In this document: positions 1 through 10,465 of the stretch, in pieces
Layout: each line of letters starts with the position of its first letter
Numbering within the stretch: the stretch's first letter is position 1
Assembly: GCA_016235675.1 (NCBI GenBank)
Contig: JACRJN010000002.1
Coordinates: forward strand, 1 to 62,964
Length of the DNA stretch: 62,964 bases
Origin: Candidatus Schekmanbacteria bacterium
Lineage (GTDB): Bacteria > SZUA-182
Direction: 5' to 3'
Position numbers and translations under genes: made by a program
The notes under the pieces: generated by a model
Database searches by the model: none
Seen by the model: the letters and a program-made list of their open reading frames with translations, nothing else
What the model was told of the DNA's origin: nothing

Positions 1-5
1 TAGTC

Positions 6-75
6 ATTAGCTTGCCTCTTTGGTGGCGGGAAAACAACTGCCTTAACCCCCTTGTCAGGGGGGAGGCAAGCTAAT
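6..75. repeat. Intergenic palindrome (13-bp arms ATTAGCTTGCCTC / GAGGCAAGCTAAT) with an inner CCCCCTTGTCAGGGGGG hairpin
   Basis: Arms at 6-18 and 63-75 are exact reverse complements, read directly. Confidence 0.5.
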
Positions 76-163
76 TTACTGCATTACACTTAAATTTCAA
101 TAGGTTTTATTGTTTTATTAGCAAAATACTTGACAATACGAAAATGTGATTAAGGAGAAATAT

Positions 164-757
164 ATGGAACCGTTAAATGTCAAACAAAGCCGGGTTAGAC
201 GGCGTAATTATCTAAGCAAAAAAGGGATGCAGGGGCGGCTGGTCGGCAAAATTATTGCTATGGTGTTGTTGGCGATCTTTCTTTCCATCGGGGTAACCAG
301 CGTGCTTTATTTTAAGTTGAGCAATCAGGAATTTAAAGGAGATGTGCCCTTTTACTATGTTCCCGAAGGCGCACAAGCGGCGGTCGAAGTTCCCACGGCT
401 TTCGATGTTTTGTTCCCGGGGTTGTTGATTTGCGGGGTTATCATGGTTTGTATGACATTAGTAATCGGAGTACTAATCAGTCACCGGTTAGGAGGCCCGA
501 TTACTAATTTACAGCGCAGTATTAACGAAATCGGTAAAGGTAACCTGAACATGGAGATCAAATTGCGACGCGGCGATGAGTTTCAGGATTTAGCCGAGGA
601 TTTGGAGGACATGCTGGAAAAAATCCGCCAGCCGATTAATAAAATTCAGCAAGAGGTTGTCAGTCTGAGCAATCATCCGGATTTAGACCGTTTTCATGAT
701 TTGAAAGAAGGATTAGTCAGGATAGCCTCCGAATTGAAATATTTCAAAGCGGAATAG
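164..757 (+). CDS. Small membrane protein with a HAMP domain and no output domain
   Basis: ORF 146-757. ATG at 164 follows AAGGAG. Two hydrophobic segments, then a HAMP-like LGGPITNLQRSINEIGKGNLNMEIKLRRGDEFQDLAEDLEDM. Confidence 0.6.
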   Translation: MEPLNVKQSRVRRRNYLSKKGMQGRLVGKIIAMVLLAIFLSIGVTSVLYFKLSNQEFKGDVPFYYVPEGAQAAVEVPTAFDVLFPGLLICGVIMVCMTLVIGVLISHRLGGPITNLQRSINEIGKGNLNMEIKLRRGDEFQDLAEDLEDMLEKIRQPINKIQQEVVSLSNHPDLDRFHDLKEGLVRIASELKYFKAE

Positions 758-791
758 TGTAACGTTCCATAAATACTATGCAACGTTTAAT

Positions 792-873
792 GTCATTGCG
801 AGGCAGCCTTGCCGCCGAAGCAATCTCAGACGCTACAATACGTTCGAGATTGCTTCGCTCCGCTCGCAATGAC
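792..873. repeat. Family A palindromic element (GTCATTGCGAG..GAAGCAATCTC / GAGATTGCTTCG..CTCGCAATGAC)
   Basis: One of 5 copies (792, 18099, 31081, 52684, 58321) sharing termini and inner arms. Confidence 0.85.
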
Positions 874-926
874 AGGTTTTATACATCATTATTTATGGAA
901 CGATCTAATAGTTATTGAGGGTTCTT

Positions 927-2303
927 ATGAAAAAATTGATAGTTATCGCGATATTTGCCGCAATTCTTTTGGGAGGGCGGCCGCTAAAAATCAATCGGGC
1001 TTGGGCAAAAAGCGCCGCCGAGGAAGAAGCCGGGGTCTGGAAGCAGTACAATGAAGCGCTCAAGGGCGAAGACTTGCAGCCTTTTCGTCAGGTTATTCAA
1101 CAAGCGGGGGTAGTCATGCGGGAATATCCCAGCAAGGTGAATGTAGCCGATATGTTGTTTTTGCTGGGGTTGTGCTATGAAAACAGCTATGAATTCACTA
1201 AGGCTCTTACCTATTATAAGGAATTGTTAAATGTCTATCCCTATCATAAAAATGCCAAGGCGGTAAGATACAAATTAACATTGATCGAGGATACTTATAA
1301 GACGGAGAAGCAGTCGCTGATAATGTTTATCCAGCAAGAACGCTTGATGCTGCAAGGTAAATATAAGGAAGCGGTGGAAAGATGCCGGAAATTGCTCAGT
1401 ACCTATCCGTCCGCTTCATTAGCGGACAATACTCAGAATGTCATCGGTTATTTATACGTAACCTATCTCAAGGATTATGTATACGGGCGCAAGGAATATG
1501 AAAAATTGCTGATGCTTTATCCCACCAGCGAATTTCATGATAACGCCGTTTTTGCGATAGGCCGCTGCTACGAGGAAATGGGGTTTTACGAAAGTGCCCT
1601 GCGCTATTACCGGAAGCTGATCCAAAAGCATCAGGGTTTGCTGTTTTCCAAAACCGATTATTGGTCGCGGGTTTGGTATACCAGGGCGGATGAGCAAATT
1701 GGAAACGTGAAAATGAAAATGGAGTCATTGCAGGACAAATTAAATCCCCTGGACTCTATGGTTTATGCCGAATACGACTATTGCGTGAATAATAAACGGG
1801 GGCCGGGAGGATTGAGCGCAAAAGAGTTGAAAAGCTGGATTAAACCCGCGCAGACCGATCAAATTATTGCCGAGCTTGGATTGTCACCTTCCAATGTACC
1901 GGAAACAGCGTTAAAGATCTGGAATTATGTGGCGGAGAAATTTCCCTACACCCGGAATTATGGCAATGATGATTTTTGGCAATATCCGGAGGAAACCATC
2001 CAGCGTAAAAGCGGGGATGGAGCGGATTTAAGCTTTTTGATGGCGTCGCTTTTGCTGGCCTCAGGAGTGGATCGGGGAAAGGTTTGGCTGGTAATCGGGA
2101 CGGATAAAGATAATAATCAGCACGTGTGGGTGAATCTGAAACACGACGGCGAATGGTATTTCCTGGAGCCGAGTTGGGAGGCGCCATTTGAAGATTTACC
2201 GCTGACCAAATATGAAGGAGGCTATACTCCTTGCTATGCGTTTAACGACACCGGCCTTAAAATTAATCCCCGGATTAAGCCGTTTTTTTCCGATTGTAAG
2301 TAA
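927..2303 (+). CDS. Secreted TPR protein with a C-terminal transglutaminase-like domain (catalytic Cys apparently absent)
   Basis: Signal-like MKKLIVIAIFAAILL. TPR-like YYKELL/YYRKLI repeats. C-terminal GDGADLSFLMASLLLASGVDRGKVWLVIG..HVWVNL..GEWYFLEPS resembles the transglutaminase core. Confidence 0.55.
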   Translation: MKKLIVIAIFAAILLGGRPLKINRAWAKSAAEEEAGVWKQYNEALKGEDLQPFRQVIQQAGVVMREYPSKVNVADMLFLLGLCYENSYEFTKALTYYKELLNVYPYHKNAKAVRYKLTLIEDTYKTEKQSLIMFIQQERLMLQGKYKEAVERCRKLLSTYPSASLADNTQNVIGYLYVTYLKDYVYGRKEYEKLLMLYPTSEFHDNAVFAIGRCYEEMGFYESALRYYRKLIQKHQGLLFSKTDYWSRVWYTRADEQIGNVKMKMESLQDKLNPLDSMVYAEYDYCVNNKRGPGGLSAKELKSWIKPAQTDQIIAELGLSPSNVPETALKIWNYVAEKFPYTRNYGNDDFWQYPEETIQRKSGDGADLSFLMASLLLASGVDRGKVWLVIGTDKDNNQHVWVNLKHDGEWYFLEPSWEAPFEDLPLTKYEGGYTPCYAFNDTGLKINPRIKPFFSDCK

Positions 2304-2309
2304 CCTGAA

Positions 2310-3395
2310 TTACACCCCCTCGACAAAATGCAGCGTTTTATCCTTCGATACAATCCCATAAGGCTTTAAATTAATCCGCCGTTCTTGATCCTCGCGGGCG
2401 ACACCTAATTTCCAGGCCGGGATTTGCTGCTTGTGGGCGATGGCCAGGACTTTATCCGCCTCACCAGGGGAAACGGTCAGGCAGAATCCTACACCCATAT
2501 TGTATTCGGTGAACATCTTGGTTAGAGGCAGTTTACCCGCTTGTTGAATCAGGTTAAAGATGGGGGAAATCGTCGGCCAGAAGTCCAGGTCATAGCCGAC
2601 GGCTTTATCGGTACGGGTCAGATTAAACAGTCCGCCTCCGGTAATGTGGGAAAGGGCTTTTACTCCCTTAACGGATTTTAAGATTTCCATAACTGCCGAT
2701 ACATAAATGCGGGTGGGTTCCAGTAACGCTTCTCCCAGACTGCATCCTAATTCGCCGATCTTCTCCGCAAGTTTCAAGCCCTGCTCCTGAAACAACACCC
2801 GACGGGCCAGGGTAAAGCCGTTGCTGTGGATACCGCTGGCGCCCAATCCGATTAAGACATCCCCGTTCTGAACAGCTTGTCCGGTAATGATTTTATCCAA
2901 AGCCACTAAACCGAAAGCGCTGCCCGCCAAATCGAATCCCGCACCGATCTTTACCCCGTTGATAATCTCCGGCAGTTTGGCGGTTTCTCCGCCGGGCAGG
3001 ATGATATTGGCAAGCGTAGCCCCGGCATACAAGCCTTTGGCGATTTCCTCCATAAGATAATCATCGACTTTTTGGACGGCCAGATAATTGAGCATGGCAA
3101 TCGGTTCCGCTCCGACACAAATCAGGTCATTGACGTTCATGGCGATGCAATCGATCCCCACCGTATCGTACTTATCCATCAATTGAGCCAGTAATACCTT
3201 GCTGCCCACGCCGTCAGCGCTCAAGGCCAGCCCTTGATTAGCGCCGATTTTTACAACGCTTGCAAAATAACCGACGCCTAACGCCATGATCCCGCTACGC
3301 AGTTTAAAGCTTTCCTGCACCCAGTAGAGCAGGCCGCGCATGGCTTCGACCTCTTCCGCTACCTTTATACCTGGAATATTTTGCTGATTGTTCAA
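2310..3395 (-). CDS. purM: Phosphoribosylformylglycinamidine cyclo-ligase (AIR synthase, PurM family)
   Basis: DGVGSKVLLA, GIDCIAMNVNDLICVGAEP and GGETAKLPE match PurM signature blocks. Confidence 0.75.
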   Translation of the reverse strand: MNNQQNIPGIKVAEEVEAMRGLLYWVQESFKLRSGIMALGVGYFASVVKIGANQGLALSADGVGSKVLLAQLMDKYDTVGIDCIAMNVNDLICVGAEPIAMLNYLAVQKVDDYLMEEIAKGLYAGATLANIILPGGETAKLPEIINGVKIGAGFDLAGSAFGLVALDKIITGQAVQNGDVLIGLGASGIHSNGFTLARRVLFQEQGLKLAEKIGELGCSLGEALLEPTRIYVSAVMEILKSVKGVKALSHITGGGLFNLTRTDKAVGYDLDFWPTISPIFNLIQQAGKLPLTKMFTEYNMGVGFCLTVSPGEADKVLAIAHKQQIPAWKLGVAREDQERRINLKPYGIVSKDKTLHFVEGV

Positions 3396-3412
3396 TTTAT
3401 TTCTCCTGATAA

Positions 3413-3489
3413 AGACTTGAGGTTTGAGGGGTGAGGCTTGAGAAAATGCAGTGTTTAACCCCTCAAGCCTCAGGTCTCAAGCCTCAAGC
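3413..3489. repeat. Heptad hairpin (family C): arms made of NNNNTGA units
   Basis: TGA at 3418, 3425, 3432, 3439 on +. TCA at 3463, 3470, 3477, 3484 gives TGA on the minus strand. The arms are complementary. Confidence 0.85.
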
Positions 3490-5043
3490 CTGATTTTCCA
3501 ACACATCTAATATCGCCGCCGGTATCTGTTCGCTGATGTTTCTGGCGATCATCCCGCATTCGCCTTTTTCCCGTTTGGCTAAATCCCCGGCTAACCCATG
3601 AATGTACACCCCGGCGCAACAGGCAGCCAGAGGAGTGAATCCCTGCGCTAAAAATCCTGCAATCACACCGGTTAAAATATCGCCGCTGCCTGCGGTGGCC
3701 ATGCCGGGATTGCCGGTAGGATTGACGTAGATATTGCCCCTGGGGTCGCCGATTAAGGTACGATCCCCTTTCAAAACCACATAAACTTTGTAAGATGTGG
3801 CGGTTTTTTGCACTACCTCCAGCCGGTTAGCCTGTATATCCTGGACAGACATCCCCAGCAAACGCCCCATTTCCCCCGGATGCGGGGTAATAATCAAAGG
3901 AGCCTTGGCAAATTGCAGCTTTCCCAGCGGGATGTTGTTGATGCCGTCGGCGTCTAAAATGGTGGGGCAAGTCAGATTAGCGATTAAATCCTCGACCAAA
4001 ACCGCGGTTTTGGGGTGGGTGTGCAATCCGGGGCCGATGGCGATCGCTTCCATTTTTTCTGCAAGCTGCAAAATCGGTTTAGCGGCCAAGGGGGATAACG
4101 TACAAGCACTGGTTTCCGGCAAAGCGGTTGTCATCACTTCCAGGGTTTTAGTTTCCACCCGCCGGTGCATACTCCTCGGTACCCCCAATGTCGCCAGTCC
4201 GGCGCCGCTGCGCAAGGTGGCTTCAGCGGTCATCACCCCCGCCCCGGTTTTGCCGGGAGAACCGGCGATGACCAGCACATGCCCGAAAGTTCCCTTATGC
4301 GCCGACAGTGTGCGCTGGGGGAAAAGTTTTTTTATCTGCTCCTTTTCCATCAGTTCCACCTTGAGGGTGGGGTTTTGGGAAATAAAGGCCGGGATGCTGA
4401 TGTCCACAACCTCCAATATCCCTACGCTTTCCCGATGCGGGGAGCAAACCAAGCCGATTTTAGGCAGGGCGAAGGTCACCGTCAGATGCGCTTTAATACA
4501 TTGAGGGCCTAAAATATTTCCGGTGCTGGCGCATAATCCGGTCGGTATATCCACAGCCACGATCGGTTTTTGGCTGTCGTTGAGCAGCTTGATTATTTGC
4601 TGATAAAATATTTTGGGGGCTTCCTGTAAACCTGTGCCGAAAATCGCATCAATCAGGAGATCGCCTTGGGAAATGTCCTGTTCCAAACGGGGAAAATCAC
4701 ATCCGGCGGACAAGTATTCCAGGGGCAGATCCATGCGTCGGGCAATATCCAGATTGATCCTGGCATCTTTTTTCAGTTCCTCTTTTTCCGCAAATAAAAG
4801 GAAGACATGCACCAGGGCTTTTCTGTTAAACAAATGACGGGCGATGACCAGGCCATCCCCGCCATTATTGCCCTTGCCGCAAAAAATGTTGATTTTTTTG
4901 CCTTCCAGCGTTCCGAAATGACGCTCCATGACAAGAACTGCCTGCAACCCGGCATTTTCCATCAACACCGCGCCGGGAATACCCAATTCTTCTATCGTCA
5001 GGCGGTCGATTTCCGCCATTTCCGGGCCTGTTACCAGTTTCAT
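3484..5043 (-). CDS. nnr: Bifunctional NAD(P)H-hydrate repair enzyme (epimerase / ADP-dependent dehydratase)
   Basis: YjeF-N GKGNNGGDG plus C-terminal carbohydrate-kinase-like GAGLATLG..GSGDILTG. Start set at MKLVTGPEM because the upstream part of the ORF runs into a repeat. Confidence 0.9.
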   Translation of the reverse strand: MKLVTGPEMAEIDRLTIEELGIPGAVLMENAGLQAVLVMERHFGTLEGKKINIFCGKGNNGGDGLVIARHLFNRKALVHVFLLFAEKEELKKDARINLDIARRMDLPLEYLSAGCDFPRLEQDISQGDLLIDAIFGTGLQEAPKIFYQQIIKLLNDSQKPIVAVDIPTGLCASTGNILGPQCIKAHLTVTFALPKIGLVCSPHRESVGILEVVDISIPAFISQNPTLKVELMEKEQIKKLFPQRTLSAHKGTFGHVLVIAGSPGKTGAGVMTAEATLRSGAGLATLGVPRSMHRRVETKTLEVMTTALPETSACTLSPLAAKPILQLAEKMEAIAIGPGLHTHPKTAVLVEDLIANLTCPTILDADGINNIPLGKLQFAKAPLIITPHPGEMGRLLGMSVQDIQANRLEVVQKTATSYKVYVVLKGDRTLIGDPRGNIYVNPTGNPGMATAGSGDILTGVIAGFLAQGFTPLAACCAGVYIHGLAGDLAKREKGECGMIARNISEQIPAAILDVLENQA

Positions 5044-5066
5044 GAGATTGCCCCTTTGAATACAGG

Positions 5067-5133
5067 GCGTCAGGAGGTAACTCCTGACGCCACAAAACAA
5101 ATGTGGTGCTGTCAGGAGTTACCTCCTGACAGC
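5067..5133. repeat. Two short hairpins (GCGTCAGGAGGTAACTCCTGACGC and GCTGTCAGGAGTTACCTCCTGACAGC), near reverse complements of each other
   Basis: Read directly at 5067-5090 and 5108-5133, between bamA and nnr. Confidence 0.7.
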
Positions 5134-5139
5134 GCAAAA

Positions 5140-7428
5140 TTAAAAATACGTCCCCATGGCAAAATGCCATTCATATTTAGACTCAGTCGGCAGGCGGTCT
5201 AATTTATAGCCCCAATCCAGGCGGATAGGCCCCATGGGGGTATAAAAACGGATACCGAAGCCTGCGCCGGTACGTAAATTGTTCAATTGGTAATTGACCC
5301 CTGAACCGAAGGCATTTCCCAAATCGAAAAAAATCAATCCCGCCAGCGGGTCGACAATGGGAAAATGCAGTTCGGTATTGAATACCAATAACTTGTTGCC
5401 GCCGATAACCTCCCCTTCCACCCTCGGTCCCAAGGCTCCGTACTGAAAAGAGCGCACGGTTTGCGCCCCGCCTGCGGTAAACAACTCCTGAATGGGAAGT
5501 TCCCGCCCGGCATAACTGGCTTGATGCGCAATCTGGCCGTGCAGGGAGAGCACAAATTTCCAGAAGAGCGGGAAATGCCAACTGGAATCCAAAGTCGTGC
5601 GATAATAGTAATTATCCCCGCCCAAAATACTGCCCGCCGTCTCAAAAGATAATTTATTGCGCGAACCGCGGCTGGGACGGAGATAGTTATCCCTGGAGTC
5701 ACGGGAAATAGCGTATGTTGTACTGCTGGTAGTAGTATTGCCTTCCCGCAGCTTTAAAGCAAGCGGAGCGGTATTGGGCACATCGTGTACATTCACTTCT
5801 TCAAAACGGTAAGTAAAATAGGCGCGGATATAATCATCCAACGGATAGCTTAAGGAAATTGCCCCACCCTGGCGGTCTACCTGGTAATTACTATAGGTTA
5901 ACCGGCGCCTGGTAGTCAGGTAAAGATCGAATCCGGCGGTCAGGGGCATATCGAATAACCACGGCTCGGTAAAACTGATGTCGTAAGTCTGGATCACCCG
6001 GCCAAAACTTCCGGATAGCATCAAACGCTGACCGCGGCCGAATAAATTCCCCTGTGAAACGCTGACGTTTCCCACCACTTTGTTGACCGAACTCCAGCCG
6101 GCCCCCATAGTAATCGATCCGGTCATACGTTCGTTTACCTTCAAATCTATATCCAGTGCATTCTTCTGGCCCGAATCCCTGGGCTGCAAGTCCACTTGTT
6201 CGAAAAAGCCCAGATTATTGATGCGTTCATAACTGCGGCGCATGTTGCTGCTGGTTAAAATCTCCCCTTCGGCAAACTGCAATTCCCGGCGGATGACCTT
6301 TTCCCGTGTGCTGGTATTGCCGCTGATGGAAATCTTTCCGGCATAAGTGATCTCGCCTTCGGTGACATTGAAGGTCAAATCAACCGATTTTTGCCCCGGA
6401 TTTTCCTTGGTCTGCGGGTACACCTGAGTCAGCAGGTAGCCTTGATCGGCGTATAAGCCGGTTATGGAGTCGATCTCTTTCCGCACCTTACTGCGGTTGA
6501 ATACCTCTCCGGTTGCGATGGTTAATTTTTCTTCCAATTCTTCAGTTTTGATAATGTGGTTGCCGGAGAAATCGATTTTATCGATATGGTATAAAATCCC
6601 CTCGTTGATGGAAATAATTATTCTCAACTCGGTTTTGTCTTCGCTGAAAACCACCTGCGGATCGGTGATTTTGGCTTGGATATAGCCGTTATCGTAATAA
6701 AAGGCCAGCAAACGTTCCATGTCGGCGTCCAGTTCTTCCTGTTTCAGATAACCGGAACTGGTCAGCCAGGACATAAACCCATGTTCGCTGGTTTTCAGGA
6801 TTTTCTTCAGTTCATCGTCGCCAAAACCCTGATTGCCTTCGAATTTGATTTCGGCAATAGTGATTTCTTCCCCCTCTTCAATCTGAAAGACGATCTTACT
6901 GGTATGGGTGGTGATTTCCTCGATTTTTACCGTGACCTGGGCTAGATAAAAACCGTCCTCGGCATAACGTTTTTTAATCAACTCAGCGTTTTTATGCAGC
7001 GCGGCTTCATCTAATATGGAATTGATTTTTATCTCGATGACTTTTTTGATCTTTTCTTCGTCTAATTCGTCGTTGCCCTCGATAACGATCTCGCTGACGG
7101 AGGGTTTTTCCGCAACGATATAGGTCAAAATCAGTTTCCCTTCCGCACCTATAGCGTCTACCTGGACATCGCGAAAAAAGCCGCTGTTGTAAATGGATTG
7201 AATATCCCGGCTGATTTGATCAGGAGAAAAGACATCATCTGCTTTAGTTTTTATATAATTGATAATAGTGGCTGTTTCAATTTTATGATTGCCTTTTACA
7301 CGGATTTCACCTATCAACATCGATTCACTTTCAGAAACGGAAGTCTGCGCCTGAGCATCCAAAGGTAAGCTAATCACTAGGCTGATGGCTGCAAGCAAGC
7401 CTAAAACAAGGCAACTTTTAAGTTTCAT
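5140..7428 (-). CDS. bamA: Outer membrane protein assembly factor BamA
   Basis: 762 aa. Signal peptide, repeated POTRA-like segments (IRVKGN, IVIEGN, IKFEGN, IDFSGN, ISISGN), C-terminal beta-barrel ending ..WHFAMGTYF. Confidence 0.9.
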   Translation of the reverse strand: MKLKSCLVLGLLAAISLVISLPLDAQAQTSVSESESMLIGEIRVKGNHKIETATIINYIKTKADDVFSPDQISRDIQSIYNSGFFRDVQVDAIGAEGKLILTYIVAEKPSVSEIVIEGNDELDEEKIKKVIEIKINSILDEAALHKNAELIKKRYAEDGFYLAQVTVKIEEITTHTSKIVFQIEEGEEITIAEIKFEGNQGFGDDELKKILKTSEHGFMSWLTSSGYLKQEELDADMERLLAFYYDNGYIQAKITDPQVVFSEDKTELRIIISINEGILYHIDKIDFSGNHIIKTEELEEKLTIATGEVFNRSKVRKEIDSITGLYADQGYLLTQVYPQTKENPGQKSVDLTFNVTEGEITYAGKISISGNTSTREKVIRRELQFAEGEILTSSNMRRSYERINNLGFFEQVDLQPRDSGQKNALDIDLKVNERMTGSITMGAGWSSVNKVVGNVSVSQGNLFGRGQRLMLSGSFGRVIQTYDISFTEPWLFDMPLTAGFDLYLTTRRRLTYSNYQVDRQGGAISLSYPLDDYIRAYFTYRFEEVNVHDVPNTAPLALKLREGNTTTSSTTYAISRDSRDNYLRPSRGSRNKLSFETAGSILGGDNYYYRTTLDSSWHFPLFWKFVLSLHGQIAHQASYAGRELPIQELFTAGGAQTVRSFQYGALGPRVEGEVIGGNKLLVFNTELHFPIVDPLAGLIFFDLGNAFGSGVNYQLNNLRTGAGFGIRFYTPMGPIRLDWGYKLDRLPTESKYEWHFAMGTYF

Positions 7429-7488
7429 TAAACGGTCTCAGGATAATAAACATAGGCACTCTTTCATTGGTCAAAGGAAAAAACTTTT

Positions 7489-7693
7489 CACACGGAGACA
7501 CTGAGGCACAGAGAGTAGTTTTTAGGTTTGAGGCCTGAGTTTTGAGGGAAAACTTACAGAATTCATTCCTTGTGTTTTTATTTCAATACGTCGTCCCCGA
7601 ATGCTTTTATCGGGGATAACATCATTTGGGAATGACATGTTGGAACGTATTCCCTCAAGCCTAATTCTCTGTGTCTCCGTGCCTCCGTGTGAG
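7489..7693. repeat. Nested composite: outer palindrome, then heptad arms, then a family B element (7590-7636)
   Basis: CACGGAGACACTGAGGCACAGAGAG pairs with CTCTGTGTCTCCGTGCCTCCGTGTG. TGA at 7529, 7536, 7543. The centre holds GTCGTCCCCGAATGCTTTTATCGGGGAT..GGGAATGAC. Confidence 0.75.
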
Positions 7694-7703
7694 GTTTCCA
7701 ATT

Positions 7704-10184
7704 TTATTGCTGGGGATTCTGCGCCAACTCACTTACCTTATCCGCCGAAGTATCGGTGGTTTCCAATTTATAGCGGCTGCCCTTTTCCGTAAACACCAAC
7801 TTATTATTACGTACCGTTACGTTGATGAACCCGTGCCCGATTCCCCCTTCTTTGAGGATTTTCTCGGCGATTACATCCTCTATCTGTTTCTGGATGACCC
7901 GCCGCAACGCACGCGCCCCGTATTTTGGGTTGTAGCCTTCCTGGATAATCCATTCTTTGGCCTTGGGAGCCAAATGCACCTCGACGCCTTTTTCTTTGAG
8001 CTGTACGTTTAATTGCCCGACCAAAATATCCACCACATGGGACAAATCGGTTTTATTCAAGGGATGGAAAACGATAAATTCATCCACGCGATTTAAAAAC
8101 TCAGGATTGAAGGTGTGCTTCAATTCCTCCAGGATGCTTTTTTTCATTTTGTCATAGGTTTGTTTCTCGTTTTCGGGGATAAATCCGACTATATTCTGAT
8201 TTTCCACCAGGCGCGCCCCGACATTGGAGGTCATAATCAAAACGGTATTTTTAAAATCCACCACGCGCCCCATCCCGTCGGTAAGCTGCCCGTCCTCCAT
8301 AACCTGGAGCAGGATATTGAAGGTATCCGGATGAGCCTTTTCAATCTCATCCAGCAGAATTACCGAATAAGGGTTGCGCCGCACCCGCTCCGTCAATTGC
8401 CCACCTTCTTCATAACCGATATAGCCCGGAGGAGCGCCGTTTAAGCGGGAGACGGCGAATTTTTCGCTGTATTCCGACATATCCACCCGAATCAGGGCGT
8501 CTTCCTTGCCGAATAAAAACTCGGCTAAAGTTCTGGCCAATTCAGTTTTCCCGACACCGCTCGGCCCCATGAAGATGAATGAGCCTACCGGTTTTTTAGG
8601 ATTTTTGATGCCGCTGCGCGAGCGCCTGATGGCCTGGGAAAGTACGCTAATCGCCTCATCCTGGCCGACCACCCGTTTGTGCAACTCCTGCTCCATAGCA
8701 TTTAAGCGGGTGGTTTCTTCGGCCTCTATCCGGGTGAGGGGAATGCCGGTCCATTTGGACACGACATGGGTAACATCGTCCGGGTTGACGATGATGATAC
8801 TTTTTTCCCGCTTCTCATACCATTGGCGGGTTAATTTTTCCAGTTGCTTTTTTTCGGTACGCTCTTTATCCCGCAAACCGGCGGCGTGCTCGAATTCCTG
8901 GGCGGTTACCGCCGCTTCTTTCTCACGGGAAATGGCAGACAGCTTTATCTCCTGGCTGCGGACACTTTCCGGAGGAGTGGCGGCTTGCAGGCGGCAGCGG
9001 GAACAGGCTTCATCGATCACATCGATCGCCTTGTCGGGCAGAAAACGGTCAGTGATATAACGCGCCGATAAGCGCACCGCAACGCCGATAGATTCGTCCG
9101 GAATCTTTACCCGATGGTGCACCTCGTATTTATCCCGTAAGCCTTTAATTATTTCCACGGTCTGATCGGCGGTAGGCTCTTTGACGACTATGGTTTGAAA
9201 GCGCCGCTCCAGCGCCCGATCTTTTTCAATATATTTTCGGTATTCGTTTAAGGTAGTGGCTCCGATACACTGGATTTCGCCGCGGGAGAGCGCCGGTTTC
9301 AATAAATTGGAGGCGTCCATCGATCCTTCGGCGGCGCCTGCGCCTACCAGGGTGTGCAGTTCGTCGATAAACAGGATGATATTGGGGTTAACCAGCATTT
9401 CCTTCATCAACCCCTTTAGACGCTCTTCGAACTGGCCGCGATACTTGGTGCCGGCCACTAAAGCCCCTAAATCCAGCATCACGATGCGCCGTCCGGTTAA
9501 AATGTCGGGAACATGCTTTTTGATGATGCGCTGCGCCAAGCCTTCCACGATGGCGGTCTTGCCGACCCCGGCCTCGCCGATCAGCACCGGGTTGTTTTTG
9601 GTGCGGCGGCTCAATATCTGTACCAGGCGCTCGATCTCATCATCCCGGCCAATAACCGGATCCAAGCGGTCGCTGCGGGCGGCCCGCGTCAAATCGGTAC
9701 CGTATTCGTTCAAAATCGGGGTGGGGGCTTCCTCTTTCTCCTGGGTGGTTTGCTGCAACAGATTGACGATTTCCTGACGGGCTTCTTTTAGCTCCACCTT
9801 CAATTCTTCTAGGACACCCGCCGCCAGCCCTTCCTTTTCCTTAATCAGCCCCAAAAGGATATGCTCCGTTCCTATATAATTATGCCCCAGCAGATTGGCT
9901 TCTTCGATGGAAAGCTTCAGCACACGCTTGGCGCGGGGGGTAAAGGGGATTTCACCCAAAACCAGGTGCCGGGTGCCTTTGGCGATGCGCCGCTCCACCT
10001 CCATGCGTATCTCTTCCAAAGATACGCCCAGGTGGGCAAGCACGCTGACCGCGATACCGTCCCCCTCCCTCACCAATCCTAAAAGCAAATGCTCGGTGCC
10101 TAAATAATCATGGCGCAGCCGGGCCGCCTCTTCCCGCGCCAAGATAATTACCTTGCGCGCCCGGTCTGTGAAACGTTCAAACAT
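7704..10184 (-). CDS. clpC: ATP-dependent Clp protease ATP-binding subunit ClpC
   Basis: [12 protein letters not shown] Clp-N repeats. Two Walker A sites ([16 protein letters not shown]). UVR-like [13 protein letters not shown]. Start moved to ATG 10184. Confidence 0.9.
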   Translation of the reverse strand: MFERFTDRARKVIILAREEAARLRHDYLGTEHLLLGLVREGDGIAVSVLAHLGVSLEEIRMEVERRIAKGTRHLVLGEIPFTPRAKRVLKLSIEEANLLGHNYIGTEHILLGLIKEKEGLAAGVLEELKVELKEARQEIVNLLQQTTQEKEEAPTPILNEYGTDLTRAARSDRLDPVIGRDDEIERLVQILSRRTKNNPVLIGEAGVGKTAIVEGLAQRIIKKHVPDILTGRRIVMLDLGALVAGTKYRGQFEERLKGLMKEMLVNPNIILFIDELHTLVGAGAAEGSMDASNLLKPALSRGEIQCIGATTLNEYRKYIEKDRALERRFQTIVVKEPTADQTVEIIKGLRDKYEVHHRVKIPDESIGVAVRLSARYITDRFLPDKAIDVIDEACSRCRLQAATPPESVRSQEIKLSAISREKEAAVTAQEFEHAAGLRDKERTEKKQLEKLTRQWYEKREKSIIIVNPDDVTHVVSKWTGIPLTRIEAEETTRLNAMEQELHKRVVGQDEAISVLSQAIRRSRSGIKNPKKPVGSFIFMGPSGVGKTELARTLAEFLFGKEDALIRVDMSEYSEKFAVSRLNGAPPGYIGYEEGGQLTERVRRNPYSVILLDEIEKAHPDTFNILLQVMEDGQLTDGMGRVVDFKNTVLIMTSNVGARLVENQNIVGFIPENEKQTYDKMKKSILEELKHTFNPEFLNRVDEFIVFHPLNKTDLSHVVDILVGQLNVQLKEKGVEVHLAPKAKEWIIQEGYNPKYGARALRRVIQKQIEDVIAEKILKEGGIGHGFINVTVRNNKLVFTEKGSRYKLETTDTSADKVSELAQNPQQ

Positions 10185-10212
10185 CGGAATGGTACTCCCT
10201 ATAAATAGTATC

Positions 10213-10276
10213 ATTGGGTGTTTCGGTTTGTCCTGAAGCCGAAACAAGCATGTCTCCTTGGGACACCAAGAAGCAT
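10213..10276. repeat. Family J element (GTTTCGG..CCGAAAC hairpin plus GGACACCAAGAAGCAT)
   Basis: The reverse complement closely matches 33583-33641. A related hairpin pair sits at 62761-62882. Confidence 0.7.
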
Positions 10277-10282
10277 TAAAAT

Positions 10283-10339
10283 GTAGCGCAGACCTTTAGG
10301 TCTGCCTCCCCGGTGGGCAGACCTAAAGATCTGCGCTAC
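10283..10339. repeat. Family E double-mini-hairpin element
   Basis: GTAGCGC [GCAGACC TTT AGGTCTGC] .. [GCAGACC TAAAG ATCTGC] GCTAC. Same architecture at 21270, 33815, 35176, 44465-44703 and 50112. Confidence 0.8.
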
Positions 10340-10465
10340 ATTTTCAGTCATTTTGGAATATTATAATCAAATTGATAGTCCCAAAGCAAGAGTTAAAACG
10401 AAATAAGCAGTGCGGGTTGTTAAACCGGTTATATTTTTTAAAATAAATTCCCCTAAATCCGCCAG

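Noticed and set aside
3797-4504. Long antisense ORFs inside real genes: 3797-4504, 9256-9777, 15369-15959, 54089-54667, 55622-56158, 57482-58003, 47049-47477 and others
   Set aside because: Each lies entirely within, and opposite to, a gene with clear family motifs. Their translations are low-complexity (rich in R, P, A, G) with no recognisable domains, which is typical of shadow ORFs.
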